A stretch of 43,327 bases of DNA from Nanobdellati archaeon. GTDB taxonomy: Archaea; Nanobdellota; Nanobdellia; Woesearchaeales; JAADFO01. The notes under the pieces were generated by a model. That model did not search any database. It was given only the letters and a program-made list of their open reading frames with translations, and had not been told where the DNA came from. Shown here one piece after another: positions 27,037 to 37,286 of the stretch. Made by a program: the position numbers and the translations under genes. Every line of letters begins with the position of its first letter. Positions within the stretch are counted from its first letter, which is position 1. The stretch is taken from the NCBI GenBank assembly GCA_013152815.1, contig JAADFO010000011.1, positions 1 through 43,327 of the forward strand. The letters run 5' to 3'.

Positions 27037-27675
27037 CTATGAAGTGGAGGTGACCGATGATGCGATGGACTGGAGATGGTTCTTGGAGGATTTGACCGAC
27101 GCGAAGCTGTCGTCGACGAGCGACAGTGTCGCTTTGCAGCTCGAGCTCGTCGCGTTGTCTGCGATGGAGGCATCCAACATGGCCTGCACAGCATCCACAC
27201 GGTCATCGAGCCGGGATACTTCGCTGTCATAGCTCTCCAACGATTGCTGGGCATTGCTCAGGACGGCCTGGGTGTTGATGAGGGTCAGCTTCTCTGTCTG
27301 GAGCTCCTTCAGCTTGTCCTGGAGCTGAGCCTTGGTGGTCGCCAGTTCCATCGTTGTCGAGGTGAGGGCGGTGGTCACGTTCTGCAGCTGCGCCTCACGG
27401 GTGGCGGCCTCTTCCCTGAGGCCCTGGTAGTTCTCGCTGAGCTGCTGCTCCCGTCTTTCCTTGAGCTTGACGGTCACCATGGTCTCGTTGAGCTTGGACT
27501 TCTCCGCCTGCAGGTCGGCGATGAGCTTGTCATATCTCTGCTGGACCGTGAAATGGCGTTCGGCGAGCTCTGAAAGGCTTGAATGATAGTAGGAGGTCAC
27601 GACCACGAGGGAGATGACCAGCAGCATGACCAGGCCAAGGAGGATCAGCATCGTGTTTTTCTGGAAAAAGCCCAT
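27037..27675 (-). CDS. Membrane-anchored coiled-coil protein
   Basis: N-terminal TM helix followed by a long heptad-rich region. Confidence 0.78.
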   Translation of the reverse strand: MGFFQKNTMLILLGLVMLLVISLVVVTSYYHSSLSELAERHFTVQQRYDKLIADLQAEKSKLNETMVTVKLKERREQQLSENYQGLREEAATREAQLQNVTTALTSTTMELATTKAQLQDKLKELQTEKLTLINTQAVLSNAQQSLESYDSEVSRLDDRVDAVQAMLDASIADNATSSSCKATLSLVDDSFASVKSSKNHLQSIASSVTSTS

Positions 27676-27767
27676 GGTCATCACTTCTTTTTGCTGTCTT
27701 TCATCCTGGGAAACTCATTTATAAGGTTTTTTATCATGTTGCTGTCATTGGCCTCCTGGGCAGCGCT

Positions 27768-30158
27768 TCATCGCGGCCTCCGGAGAGCGATATCCACCAG
27801 GAAGACGATGATGGCCAATGCGAGGAAGGGCCAGCGGAGCAGGATCCGCTGGGCAAAGGAGCTTCTGGCGACGCTCTTCACCCGCTCGATGATGAAATTA
27901 GGATCGTCGCTGGAGAAGACCTCCCCGCCGTTGTCCCTGATGAGCTTGAGGAAGCCCTCATCCATCCCGGTATGCCGGTATTCCTCCTTGCTGTTGACCC
28001 CTAATTTTGCGCCCAACAGATCTTTTATGCCGACCGCGTCCGGAGTGTAGCTGAGACGGTAGGTGTCTTTTCCGACTTTGGCCAGGGGGTATCGGTCGGT
28101 GCCCGGCCGGGATTTGGAATAGATCAGGAGGTTCGTGGGGGTCTTCACCTGCGCCTGTGTGATGAGCAGGGCGAAGTCCTGCTGGCGCTTGTTCGAGCCG
28201 ATGATCCAGTTGACCGTCCTGCTGATGAGCAGGGAATTCTCCTGCCCGAGCAGGTCCCCGGACCAGGCCATGCCCTCGTCGGTGGACAATACGGCCACAC
28301 GGCCGAGGCCGTAGCGGCCGACCGTGAGGATGGGATTGTTGGAGCCGGTGGTGACCAGGAGCTGTGCGTGGGACTTGGGGATGACCGCATTGAAGCCGGC
28401 CACCGACGCCTTGAGCTGCAGGCCACGGGTGATGAAGTGGTCGGTGTTGAGGATGACCAGCTGCTTGTCTGACTCCTCCTTGAAATCCCCCTGCGGGCCG
28501 AAGAGGATCTTGAGCTTCTGGGTCTCGTCGGGCTCGAAATAGGAGTCAGAACCGCCTGCAGCAGCCAGGCTCCGGAGGATCCTGCTGTTTGTCCCCTCAC
28601 CGATGCCGACGGTATAGAGTTTCATGCCGTCATCCTTGATGTCGTTGGCTATCTCGAAGGCATATTCGGTGTTGCGGTTCTCCCGGCCGTCAGATATGAG
28701 GATGATGTTGTTGGAGCCCTTCGCTGAGATGAGCTGGTCATAGGCCACCTCAAGCCCTGCAGAGATCTGGGTCGCGCCGGAGAAAGGGAGCGAGGTGATG
28801 TCTGCCCTGAGCTGGTCACGGGAAGAGGCGAGCCTGCGGAGCGGCCTGATGAGCTTTCCCTCGTTGTTGAAGGTGACCAGTGATACCGAGACATCATCAC
28901 CGAGGGTGTTGAGGATCTCGATGGCGATGGCCTTCTGGACCGCTCCCCGGGTATAGACCGAGCCGGACTTGAACTTCCTGCCTGAACTCTGGGACACGTC
29001 AAGCACCAGGACCACATTGGTGTCCTCCTTGGACTTCTTCTTGGCCTTGCCGGAAAAGACAGGGAGCATGGTCTCGGTGAGGCTGTCCCGATAGCCGCCG
29101 AAGTCGAAGGACCGGTCCCCTCCGATGAAGAGGATGCCTCCGCCGTCATTGAGATAACCGGAAAGAGAATCGAAATAGGGGTCGAGAGAGGACGCTTCCC
29201 GGTTGGCGATGAGCACCCCGTCAAAGGCAGAGAGATCCGCAGGGAGACTTCCCCGTTCCACGTTGTAGACCTGCCCCAGCAGCCGACGAAGGGGAGGGTT
29301 GCCGCTTCCGACATAGAGGAGCCGGGGAGGAGGGATGCCGGCGACCACCCAGTAGAAGGCATTGTTCTCCGGGAAATGGTCCTTGAGGGAGATGACCGCC
29401 GATATGGCATGATATCCTTCGGTGATACGCCGTTTCAGGGTGATGGGTTTGTCGGGAACCACCTCCTTGGAGAGTATTGTCTCGCCGTCGAAGGTGATGG
29501 TCAGGGGGACGGGCGAGACATGGTCAGGATCGGCTGCTTCCACCACCACAGAAAAGCCTGCATCGGTGCCGGTGATGACCTCCGGAGGCCCTTTGATGAT
29601 GACACTGTAGTCCTGGTCCCGGGGGACGAGCTCGAGGGCGGAGACGGTGCTGTTCAACGAGGAGGTGAACCGCAGGATCTCGTCGACTGCCTTCCCCTCG
29701 GTATTCCTGCCGTCGGTGATGATGAGGACCTGTTCCTGCTGTTTGCTGTTGGCGAGGATGCCGTCGCCTATGGCAGTTCCTTCTCCCGGCGAGAAGCTGA
29801 GGACCTGGGTGGGCAGCCCCTTCTTGAGGGCAGAGATCACCCGGTTGATGTCGCTGCGGTCGAAGAGGTCCATGGAGCTGGAGTTGTCAATGAGGATGGT
29901 TATCTTTGGGTCAGAGACGACCTCGCGCTGCTGGAAGATGAACGGTGAGGCGAAGGCGATGGAAAGGAAAAGGTAGAGGAGCAGCCGGGTCCAGAGGATG
30001 CGCCGGCGAAGCGGCTTCACCTTCTGCAGGTGGCTCTCCTCGCTCTTCGGGTCATTGAAACGCACCAGGGTCTTCCTGACGAACCAGAAGGTGACGATGG
30101 CGAGGAGGAGAAAAAGAGGGAAGACCGCCGGGTACTGGAAAGAGGAGAGGAGCCCCAT
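27768..30158 (-). CDS. Membrane-anchored protein with two vWA domains and a GATase1-like domain
   Basis: MIDAS-like DNSSS/ITDG and DVSQS/ISDG; GGGILFIGGDRSF; GRYGLGRVA; terminal TMs. Confidence 0.88.
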   Translation of the reverse strand: MGLLSSFQYPAVFPLFLLLAIVTFWFVRKTLVRFNDPKSEESHLQKVKPLRRRILWTRLLLYLFLSIAFASPFIFQQREVVSDPKITILIDNSSSMDLFDRSDINRVISALKKGLPTQVLSFSPGEGTAIGDGILANSKQQEQVLIITDGRNTEGKAVDEILRFTSSLNSTVSALELVPRDQDYSVIIKGPPEVITGTDAGFSVVVEAADPDHVSPVPLTITFDGETILSKEVVPDKPITLKRRITEGYHAISAVISLKDHFPENNAFYWVVAGIPPPRLLYVGSGNPPLRRLLGQVYNVERGSLPADLSAFDGVLIANREASSLDPYFDSLSGYLNDGGGILFIGGDRSFDFGGYRDSLTETMLPVFSGKAKKKSKEDTNVVLVLDVSQSSGRKFKSGSVYTRGAVQKAIAIEILNTLGDDVSVSLVTFNNEGKLIRPLRRLASSRDQLRADITSLPFSGATQISAGLEVAYDQLISAKGSNNIILISDGRENRNTEYAFEIANDIKDDGMKLYTVGIGEGTNSRILRSLAAAGGSDSYFEPDETQKLKILFGPQGDFKEESDKQLVILNTDHFITRGLQLKASVAGFNAVIPKSHAQLLVTTGSNNPILTVGRYGLGRVAVLSTDEGMAWSGDLLGQENSLLISRTVNWIIGSNKRQQDFALLITQAQVKTPTNLLIYSKSRPGTDRYPLAKVGKDTYRLSYTPDAVGIKDLLGAKLGVNSKEEYRHTGMDEGFLKLIRDNGGEVFSSDDPNFIIERVKSVARSSFAQRILLRWPFLALAIIVFLVDIALRRPR

Positions 30159-31931
30159 CTAGACATCACCCCGGAACTTCACGACGGAAAGCTCGACAAG
30201 GACGAGCAGGAGCGCCAGGCTCATGAGCGGGAACTGGAGGCTGAGGTCCTTCTGGCCAGAGAGGTCAGTGAGACGGGAACTGGCATACTGATGATGGTTG
30301 TTGACGTCTGATTCCTGTTCGTCCAGGAGGTTCACTGCAAGGGTCTTTCCGCGGAAGGAGACGAATCCTCTGCGGGAGAGCAGCTGCCGGCCGTCGGCAT
30401 CGGTGGCAGCGAGGAAAGAGCCGGTCCTGCGATGATAGAAGCCGATGGACTCTATGTTCCCCAGCCGCTTGAGTATCCTGCTCCAGAAGATAGGGAACGA
30501 GGGAGTCAGCCGGAAGTCGGCCTGGTCTTCCCGGAAACCCACGTAGAGGACCGAACCAAGGCCTTTCTTGCGCAGGGCGATGAGCGGGACGCTCGTGTCG
30601 GTGTCGGCAAGGAGGACTGCCTTTTCCTTCAGGATGGCATCCCAGTAGACATGGACCTGGCCGAAGTCCATCTCATCGAGCCCATAGCTCTTGGTGGCAG
30701 GATAGAGCGTGGCCGCTTTCTCTTTCTTCGAAGCGATGATGACCGGAAGTTCATCCTGCAGCGGACTCTCCATGAGCGCATCGCTTGCGATGAGGACCAG
30801 GGTCGAACCGCCTTCGACCTGCCGGAGGATGGAAGGGAAGGTCCCCGGAAGTATCTTGTCGCCTTCGAAGGAATCGATGATGATGAAATCAAAGGGCTCC
30901 TGGGGGATGATGGGGGGGATGGCGGTGCGCACCTGGAGGAAGGGCATGGCATAGAGAGCAGTCAAGAGATAGCCGGAGGTGGTGTTGCTGATATAGAGCA
31001 CCGACTCCTTGTTGGCCAGCGGATTGTAGATGAAAAGGGTGTTGTCCGCAGGGAAATCATCATCCCGGTCGATCCGGACGGTGTTCTTCCCCGGGAACGT
31101 GGCAAAGGTCAGCTGTTCCACGGAATCCGGTCGGAGGGTCACGGTCTGGGACGATTTGGTCTCGTCTCCCTGTCGCAGGGACACGGAGATTTCCAGCGTC
31201 TTCGTATCATAGTTCTTCACCGTGACCAGGGCATCGGTCCGGTCGAAGGAGAGGCCTATCAGGCCGACATTGTCCAGCTCCTTGTCCGGCAGCGGATTCT
31301 CGAACTCGACGAGGGTGTTGCGTGATTCCAGGGTCTTCTGGGCCACCTGGATGTCAGAGCCGGTAGTAGGCATCATATCAGAGACCACGATGACCTTGCC
31401 GGTCCCCTGTTGCAGGAGAGAAGAGGCGGCGATGATGCTGTCCCCCAGATTCGACGGCAGATCAGTGGGCGACAGCCTGTCCAGTGTATCTTTCAGGGCC
31501 GACGGGCTCGCTTTGTCCAGCACCAGCCGGGGCTGGTCTCCCAGGAGGATGAGCGAGTTGCTCGAAGCCGGATGGGCCTTGATGTAGTCACGGAAATAGT
31601 CGAATGCAGCCTTATTGCCGTAGCGGGCCTGGGAGCTTGCGCTGATGTCCAGGACCCAGACCACATGGCCTGGCTGGGCAGAGGACTCCAGAGGGATCTG
31701 AGGGTCGGCCATGGCCAGCACGAGAAGGGAGAGTATCAGGAGCTGCAGGAAGAAGAGCAGGTTCCTGAGGAGACGGCGCAGCATTGACCGCTGGACGCGT
31801 TTCTCGTCCTTCATGAGGAACATGAGGGAAGGGAGGGCTTTCTTCTTCGGCCGAGGCCTCCGAAGGTAGATGATGATGAGGGGTATGAGGAAGAGGAAAC
31901 CGAGCAGCCCGAGCGGGTTCAAAAAGTCCAT
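30159..31931 (-). CDS. BatA N-terminal domain plus vWA membrane protein
   Basis: MDFLNPLGLL...PLIIIYL...PSLMFL BatA motif, DISASS, VSD. Confidence 0.88.
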   Translation of the reverse strand: MDFLNPLGLLGFLFLIPLIIIYLRRPRPKKKALPSLMFLMKDEKRVQRSMLRRLLRNLLFFLQLLILSLLVLAMADPQIPLESSAQPGHVVWVLDISASSQARYGNKAAFDYFRDYIKAHPASSNSLILLGDQPRLVLDKASPSALKDTLDRLSPTDLPSNLGDSIIAASSLLQQGTGKVIVVSDMMPTTGSDIQVAQKTLESRNTLVEFENPLPDKELDNVGLIGLSFDRTDALVTVKNYDTKTLEISVSLRQGDETKSSQTVTLRPDSVEQLTFATFPGKNTVRIDRDDDFPADNTLFIYNPLANKESVLYISNTTSGYLLTALYAMPFLQVRTAIPPIIPQEPFDFIIIDSFEGDKILPGTFPSILRQVEGGSTLVLIASDALMESPLQDELPVIIASKKEKAATLYPATKSYGLDEMDFGQVHVYWDAILKEKAVLLADTDTSVPLIALRKKGLGSVLYVGFREDQADFRLTPSFPIFWSRILKRLGNIESIGFYHRRTGSFLAATDADGRQLLSRRGFVSFRGKTLAVNLLDEQESDVNNHHQYASSRLTDLSGQKDLSLQFPLMSLALLLVLVELSVVKFRGDV

Positions 31932-32066
31932 GGTCCTGTATCACACCTTTTTCCTTTTTCACACATGCTATGCATGCTTGTCTCACAGGGTCGGATATTT
32001 TATAAAGCTTTTGCAAGACGAACGCAAGACAAACCTATATTAATCACCTCGCCTGCAGAAGGTACC

Positions 32067-32777
32067 ATGGCCAAGCGCTCCCTTGAGAAATGGAAGACCT
32101 ACAAGAACGTCTTCGACAACTTCACCATCCATAACCTGGACCTGCTTTCCGGCAAGGGGTACTTCGATGAGCTCCTGAGCCCCATCGCCATCGGAAAGGA
32201 GGCGAACATCTTCACCGCGAAGGCAGGGAGAAAGAGGATCATCCTCAAGATCTACCGGCTGGAGAACTGCGACTTCAACAGGATGTACAGCTACATCCGA
32301 GCCGACAGCCGCTACCCGACCCTGAAGAAGAACCGGAGAGGGGTCATCTTCGCCTGGGCCCAGCGCGAATACAGAAACCTCTACCTCGCGAGGAAGATAG
32401 GGATACGGGTGCCGACGCCCATCCATCGGAAGGACAACATCATCATCATGGAGATGATAGGGAAAGGGGAACCTGCTCCCCAGCTGAAGAACGACTATCC
32501 TGCAGACCCCGAGAGGTTCTATCGGGAGGTCGTCACGTTCATGGCCAGGATGCACAGGAAAGGGCTTGTGCATGGCGACCTCTCGGGATTCAACATCCTC
32601 AACAACAGAGAACGGCCGGTGTTCATCGACTTCTCCCAGTCGACGACCCGCGACTCTCCGGACTATGACGAACTGCTGCACCGGGACGCCCGGAACATCG
32701 CACGCTTCTTCCAGAAGGCAGGAGTAGAGACCTCGACAGGGAAGCTGCTCAGGGAACTGGAAAAGGAAGAGCCGTAG
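32067..32777 (+). CDS. rio1: RIO1-family Ser/Thr kinase
   Basis: GKEANIF, KIYR, WAQREYRNL, VHGDLSGFNIL, IDFSQ. Confidence 0.93.
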   Translation: MAKRSLEKWKTYKNVFDNFTIHNLDLLSGKGYFDELLSPIAIGKEANIFTAKAGRKRIILKIYRLENCDFNRMYSYIRADSRYPTLKKNRRGVIFAWAQREYRNLYLARKIGIRVPTPIHRKDNIIIMEMIGKGEPAPQLKNDYPADPERFYREVVTFMARMHRKGLVHGDLSGFNILNNRERPVFIDFSQSTTRDSPDYDELLHRDARNIARFFQKAGVETSTGKLLRELEKEEP

Positions 32778-32849
32778 AGCAGCAGGCCGGGCCGAAAACC
32801 GATCTCATCTTCTGGAGGGCCCATCGCCCGCTTCGGATCCTTGCAGCGT

Positions 32850-33803
32850 TCACAGCCATCTCTTGCGCTTGAAATAGAGCAGGAAGAGCACGGCAACCAC
32901 GGCCATGACGAGCAGCGAGAAGAAATAGCCGTACTTCCAGGCGAGCTCGGGCATGAAGCGGAAATTCATGCCGTAGATGCCTGTAATCAAAGTGAGCGGC
33001 ATCATGATGGTGGCGATGATGGTGAGGACCTTCATCACCTCGTTCATCTTGTTGGAGACCACCGAAAGATGGACGTCGAGGGTGGTCGAGATGATGTCCC
33101 TGAAGCTGTCCAGCATGTAGGTGAGCCGGAACATATGATCGTTGACATCCCGGAAGTAGAGTTCACAGTCAGATGAGATGAAGGGAGAATCGCGCTTCGC
33201 GAGCAGGCCGATGACCTCGCGCTGGGGAAAGGCGTTCTTCCTGACATCGAGAAGAGACCGTTTGATGGCGAAGAGCTTGTTCAGCAGGCCCGGGTCGGTG
33301 CTGTGGAGGACCCTGTCCTGAAGACGGTCAAGGCGGTCGTCCACCTTCTGGAGCACGGGAAAATAATGGTCGATCTCCTCGTCGATGAGTGCGTGCATGA
33401 GGAAGTCAGCGCCTCTCCTGAAAAGCAGCCCAAGCCGTTCCTTGTCCTGCTTCAGCTGTTCACAGGAATGGTGGAGGCGGGCATGCCCGGTGATGAGGAA
33501 CCGTTTCGAAAGGAAGAAATTGACCTCGAAGAGATGCAACGGATCGGTGTCCTCGATGCCGTAGAGCACGACAAAGATCCCATTCTTGAGCACATCGACC
33601 TTCGGAAGCGTACCGGACATCTGGAAATCCTCGAGGATGAGCGAGTGCAATCCGAGACCATCCTTGAGCATGGCAAGCTCTGATGAGGTCGGAGAGGTCA
33701 TATCCAGCCAGAACAGGATCCTGCGCTTGGAAAGGCGTCGCAACAGAGGAAGGGTCGGCGTGAGCCTTCTGATGCCTTTTTCATAGGTGTAAAGTTCTAA
33801 CAT
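32850..33803 (-). CDS. corA: CorA Mg2+/Co2+ transporter
   Basis: NKMNEVMKVLTI...GIYGMNF..MPEL.W. Confidence 0.96.
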   Translation of the reverse strand: MLELYTYEKGIRRLTPTLPLLRRLSKRRILFWLDMTSPTSSELAMLKDGLGLHSLILEDFQMSGTLPKVDVLKNGIFVVLYGIEDTDPLHLFEVNFFLSKRFLITGHARLHHSCEQLKQDKERLGLLFRRGADFLMHALIDEEIDHYFPVLQKVDDRLDRLQDRVLHSTDPGLLNKLFAIKRSLLDVRKNAFPQREVIGLLAKRDSPFISSDCELYFRDVNDHMFRLTYMLDSFRDIISTTLDVHLSVVSNKMNEVMKVLTIIATIMMPLTLITGIYGMNFRFMPELAWKYGYFFSLLVMAVVAVLFLLYFKRKRWL

Positions 33804-33899
33804 GGGAGCCTCTTTTTTCCCTTTGAAGGATACGCTGTGGAAATGCCGGATGTTTTTAACCGTTGTGTTCTCTGATCGCCTATTCTGTCTCCTGTCCCA

Positions 33900-34952
33900 T
33901 CAGTGGAGCAGCACATAGAACAACAGCCCATAGAGGAACAGGAAAAGGATGCCTTCTCTTCTGCCGAACTTCCATTCGACCCGCATGATGACGAGGAAGA
34001 GCAGGGAGAAGAGCAGCATGGCCGGAAGCGCTATCCAGAGGAGAGACGGTTCCAGGGTCAGCGGATGTATCAGTGCCGCGACACTTCCGACGACAAGCAG
34101 GTTGGCTATGTTGGAGCCGATGATATTTCCCACCAGGAGCGAACCATGGCCTTTGATGACCGAGACGATGGAGACGGTCAGCTCAGGGAGGGATGTGCCG
34201 ATGGCGACAGCCGACAGGCCGACGATCGCCGAGGAGATGCCGAAGGCGGTGGCCAGCTGGGACGCAGAGACGATCAGGTACTTGGCGCTGAGATAGATGA
34301 GGACTCCTGAGAGCAGGAAGGACGGTCCATGCATCCAGATATTGATGCCCTTCCGCGTTTGTTTCAGCCGTTCCCCTGTCTTTTTCTTTCGCCTGCTCTG
34401 GGCGATATGCCTTCGGAAGACGTCGGTGAAGCCGAAGGTGTCGAGGATCCAGCGGACATTGAAGAAGTCGATGACCTTTATCTCGTGGGAGAAGGATTCC
34501 TTCTTCCCTCCTTCCCAGCGATAGAGCAGGAAGAGGTAGTAGGCGAGGAAGGCAAGGAGGATCAGCGCATCGAGACCAGAGATGCTGCCGTCGAGGGCAA
34601 GGAGATAGAAGAGCACCGAGACGCCCAGCATGAAGAGACCGTCCCGGAAGAAGGCCACCTTGTTGAGCAGGATGGTGGAGAAGAGGGCGGTCGAACCTAT
34701 GACCAGTGCGATGTTCGCGATGTTGGAGCCGATGATGTTCCCTAAGGCTATGGAATAGTTGCCGAGCAGGGTGGCTGCCACCGAGGAACCCAGCTCAGGA
34801 AGGGAAGTCCCGAAGGCCACCACTGTGAGTCCGATGAGCAGTTCAGAGACGCCGAAGAACTTTGCCAGAAGGGCGGCACTGTCCACAAAGACATCGGTCG
34901 CCTTGACCAGGATGACCAGGGAGATGATGAAGATGAAGAGGTCGAAGAGCAT
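33900..34952 (-). CDS. Ca2+/Na+ antiporter (CaCA/YrbG family)
   Basis: Two alpha-repeats GTSLPE...GNIIGSNIAN; about 10 TMs. Confidence 0.93.
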   Translation of the reverse strand: MLFDLFIFIISLVILVKATDVFVDSAALLAKFFGVSELLIGLTVVAFGTSLPELGSSVAATLLGNYSIALGNIIGSNIANIALVIGSTALFSTILLNKVAFFRDGLFMLGVSVLFYLLALDGSISGLDALILLAFLAYYLFLLYRWEGGKKESFSHEIKVIDFFNVRWILDTFGFTDVFRRHIAQSRRKKKTGERLKQTRKGINIWMHGPSFLLSGVLIYLSAKYLIVSASQLATAFGISSAIVGLSAVAIGTSLPELTVSIVSVIKGHGSLLVGNIIGSNIANLLVVGSVAALIHPLTLEPSLLWIALPAMLLFSLLFLVIMRVEWKFGRREGILFLFLYGLLFYVLLH

Positions 34953-35162
34953 GGGAGGTCCAGAGGGAAGGGTCATATAAAAGCTTTGCCGGTCCCCGAA
35001 GCAAGGATTATCGAATTAACACTACGCCCGAACATCGCGCGCTGTCATGAGAACCGGCCCCTGCAACGTTGGGGGAGGGAAGTATGACGCAGGGACACAC
35101 AATGCTCACAGAGAGAAGCGACAAGACAACACGAGAATAAGAACAGAAAGGTAGGGATGACA

Positions 35163-35426
35163 TCAATCGTATATTTCATCATGATGCCCATAATCTTCAA
35201 TGATAACCGTATTTCTTTTTTCATCAACAGAAAACGTGAGAACAAAGCTTTTATCAACATGGACTCTTTTGAGATGTTGTAATGGTTTTCTCAGATTTTT
35301 ATAATGCTGGGGCTTTTGGATTATCTCACCAATCTTTTTTTCGATCATTAATAACTGTTTGGAGTTTTTCTTTGCCAGTTTAAAGAATAGTTTCTCTACG
35401 GTCTTTCTTAATTCATAATCATACAT
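35163..35426 (-). CDS. Type II toxin, RelE/YafQ-like mRNA interferase
   Basis: YKNLRKPLQHLKRVHVDKSFVL and terminal HHDEIY; low GC. Confidence 0.88.
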   Translation of the reverse strand: MYDYELRKTVEKLFFKLAKKNSKQLLMIEKKIGEIIQKPQHYKNLRKPLQHLKRVHVDKSFVLTFSVDEKRNTVIIEDYGHHDEIYD

Positions 35427-35427
35427 T

Positions 35428-35661
35428 TTAAGCTAGACCAAAATGTCTTCTGAAGTTTTTGATCTTTACAGCAGGTTCTTTCTTCCTTTCGTTCATCTTC
35501 TGAATGAATTCGGGCCTTAACTGAGGTTCTAAGAGATCTTCACCATATTCCATGACCACCCGCTCAATAGCTTCAGATTTATCTTTAAGGTTGTGTCTAG
35601 CTTTTACAATATTTAAGATTTGATTCGCATTCTTGGAAATATTCACCATAGCTTGCACCAT
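35428..35661 (-). CDS. Antitoxin (DUF2683-like)
   Basis: MVQAMVNI...NQILNIVKA...DKSEAI...EPQLRPEF; GGTGA RBS; 1 nt upstream of the toxin. Confidence 0.82.
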   Translation of the reverse strand: MVQAMVNISKNANQILNIVKARHNLKDKSEAIERVVMEYGEDLLEPQLRPEFIQKMNERKKEPAVKIKNFRRHFGLA

Positions 35662-35837
35662 ATATATCACCTATATATAGAATATATATCCACTATATAA
35701 AGGTTCTGTTTTTATGTCGTCCCATCTCCACTAAATTGAAATTGCGTGTCCCGAGTAATATTTCTCATAACATCGGATTCCTGTTAGTTTCTCCGACTCT
35801 ACAAAGGGGGGTCGGATTGCGTCCGCAAAGTAAGTTT

Positions 35838-35973
35838 TTGAATTACTTATCAATCCAAGGCGAAGCCGAGTCATACTGTCCGAAGGACGAGGGGATTTTC
35901 ATTCAGGCGAACAAAGCGAGCTATCCCGAAATAGTATCAAGGGACACTCTCACCCACATCTAAGATTGGGGCT
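35838..35973 (+). repeat. Four-block non-coding element, copy A
   Basis: TTGAATTACT (35838), GAGGGGATTTT (35889), GGGACACTCTC (35941), TTGGGGCT (35966). Confidence 0.7.
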
Positions 35974-36009
35974 AAGTATTTAAACAAGTAGAGATTTTAA
36001 GTATGAAAG

Positions 36010-36846
36010 ATGGTTGATAATAAAGGATTGGTTGTATTTCAAGACAGAAAAATTAGGAGACTTTGGCAGGATAATCAATGGTTTTATTCTGTAACTGATA
36101 TTATTCTTGTTCTGACTGATAGTAAAGATGAAATGGCTTACTGGAGGAAGCTTAAACAGCGAGAACCCCAACTCGTGACAATTTGTCACGGTTTGAAATT
36201 GCCTGCTAAAGATGGAAAATTGCGTTATACAGACTGTGTAAACACCAAAAACGCTTTTAGGTTAATTCAATCAATTCCATCTAAAAAGGCAGAACCGTTC
36301 AAGCAATGGTTGGCACAACTAGGACAAGAAAGAATTGAGGAAATTGAGAATCCAGAACTTGCCCAAGATAGAGTCAAAGAATATTATGAATTGAAAGGCT
36401 ATCCCAAAGAATGGATAGACAAAAGATTAAGGGGAATTGCAATTAGGCAAGATTTGACTGATGAATGGAAAACTAGAGGCGTTGAGAAGCAGAAAGATTT
36501 TGCCATTCTCACTAATGAAATATCCAAAGCAACTTTTGGGAAAACAGTAGGAGAATACATAAAGTTTAAGGGATTGAAAAGACCAAACCAAAATCTAAGA
36601 GATCATATGACAGATTGGGAATTAATATTGAATATGATTGGCGAGAAAGCAACTACTGACATTACTATTGCAAAAGATGCTAAAGGATTTCCTCGCTTGA
36701 AACAGACTGCCAAGGACGGTGGTAATATTGCAAAAAATACTCGTAAAGAATTGGAGCGGAAGATTGGGAAGTCATTAGTTTCTAAAGAAAATTATTTACA
36801 CTTAAACGAGAGAAAGAAAAAAAAATTGACTAAGAAAAAAGAATAA
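36010..36846 (+). CDS. Bro-N domain protein (phage antirepressor-like)
   Basis: KIRRLW...WFYSVTDII, YWRKLKQR, LKLPAKDGKLRYTD, RLIQSIPSKKAEPFKQWLA, NLRDHMT. Confidence 0.88.
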   Translation: MVDNKGLVVFQDRKIRRLWQDNQWFYSVTDIILVLTDSKDEMAYWRKLKQREPQLVTICHGLKLPAKDGKLRYTDCVNTKNAFRLIQSIPSKKAEPFKQWLAQLGQERIEEIENPELAQDRVKEYYELKGYPKEWIDKRLRGIAIRQDLTDEWKTRGVEKQKDFAILTNEISKATFGKTVGEYIKFKGLKRPNQNLRDHMTDWELILNMIGEKATTDITIAKDAKGFPRLKQTAKDGGNIAKNTRKELERKIGKSLVSKENYLHLNERKKKKLTKKKE

Positions 36847-36847
36847 A

Positions 36848-37246
36848 TTATTTATGTTTTATTATTCCTCTATTCTTTAATTCAAAGAAACATTTTGCAC
36901 AAGCTGAAACATCGCTTAATGCATCATGTGCATTATCAAAAGTGTTGTTAAATAGTTTTTGATGAAGTTCCATAAGAGTTGGCCATTTATAGCCATATGG
37001 TCCCGGAATCTGACAAAAATCTGTTGTGTTTTTCATGGTGCAAATCTTATTAATGGAAGAAAGATTGTTTTCAATGTTCATTCTAATCAATTCAGAACCA
37101 ACAACTTTTTCATCAAAGCTCATCTTATGGGCTACGAGTAAACTAGAATTGTTTAAGGATGTGACAAACTCACTAAGAGCGTTTTGAAGAGGAATGCCTA
37201 CTTCATGTGCTTTCTCGTTGGTGATGCCATGAACTTTAGTGGATGC
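36848..37246 (-). pseudogene. 5'-truncated DEDDh (DnaQ-like) 3'-5' exonuclease
   Basis: VHGIT, VAHKMSFD, ICTM, YKWPTLMELH and AHDALSDV are present; the ExoI DxETTG motif is absent. Confidence 0.8.
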
Positions 37247-37286
37247 TAGTGTATACTTGTCCAGGGGGTAAGTGGATTGAATAAAA

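Noticed and set aside
35736..35963. 75-aa ORF upstream of the Bro-N gene
   Set aside because: TTG start, no RBS, and it coincides with hairpins and the repeat blocks; more likely non-coding
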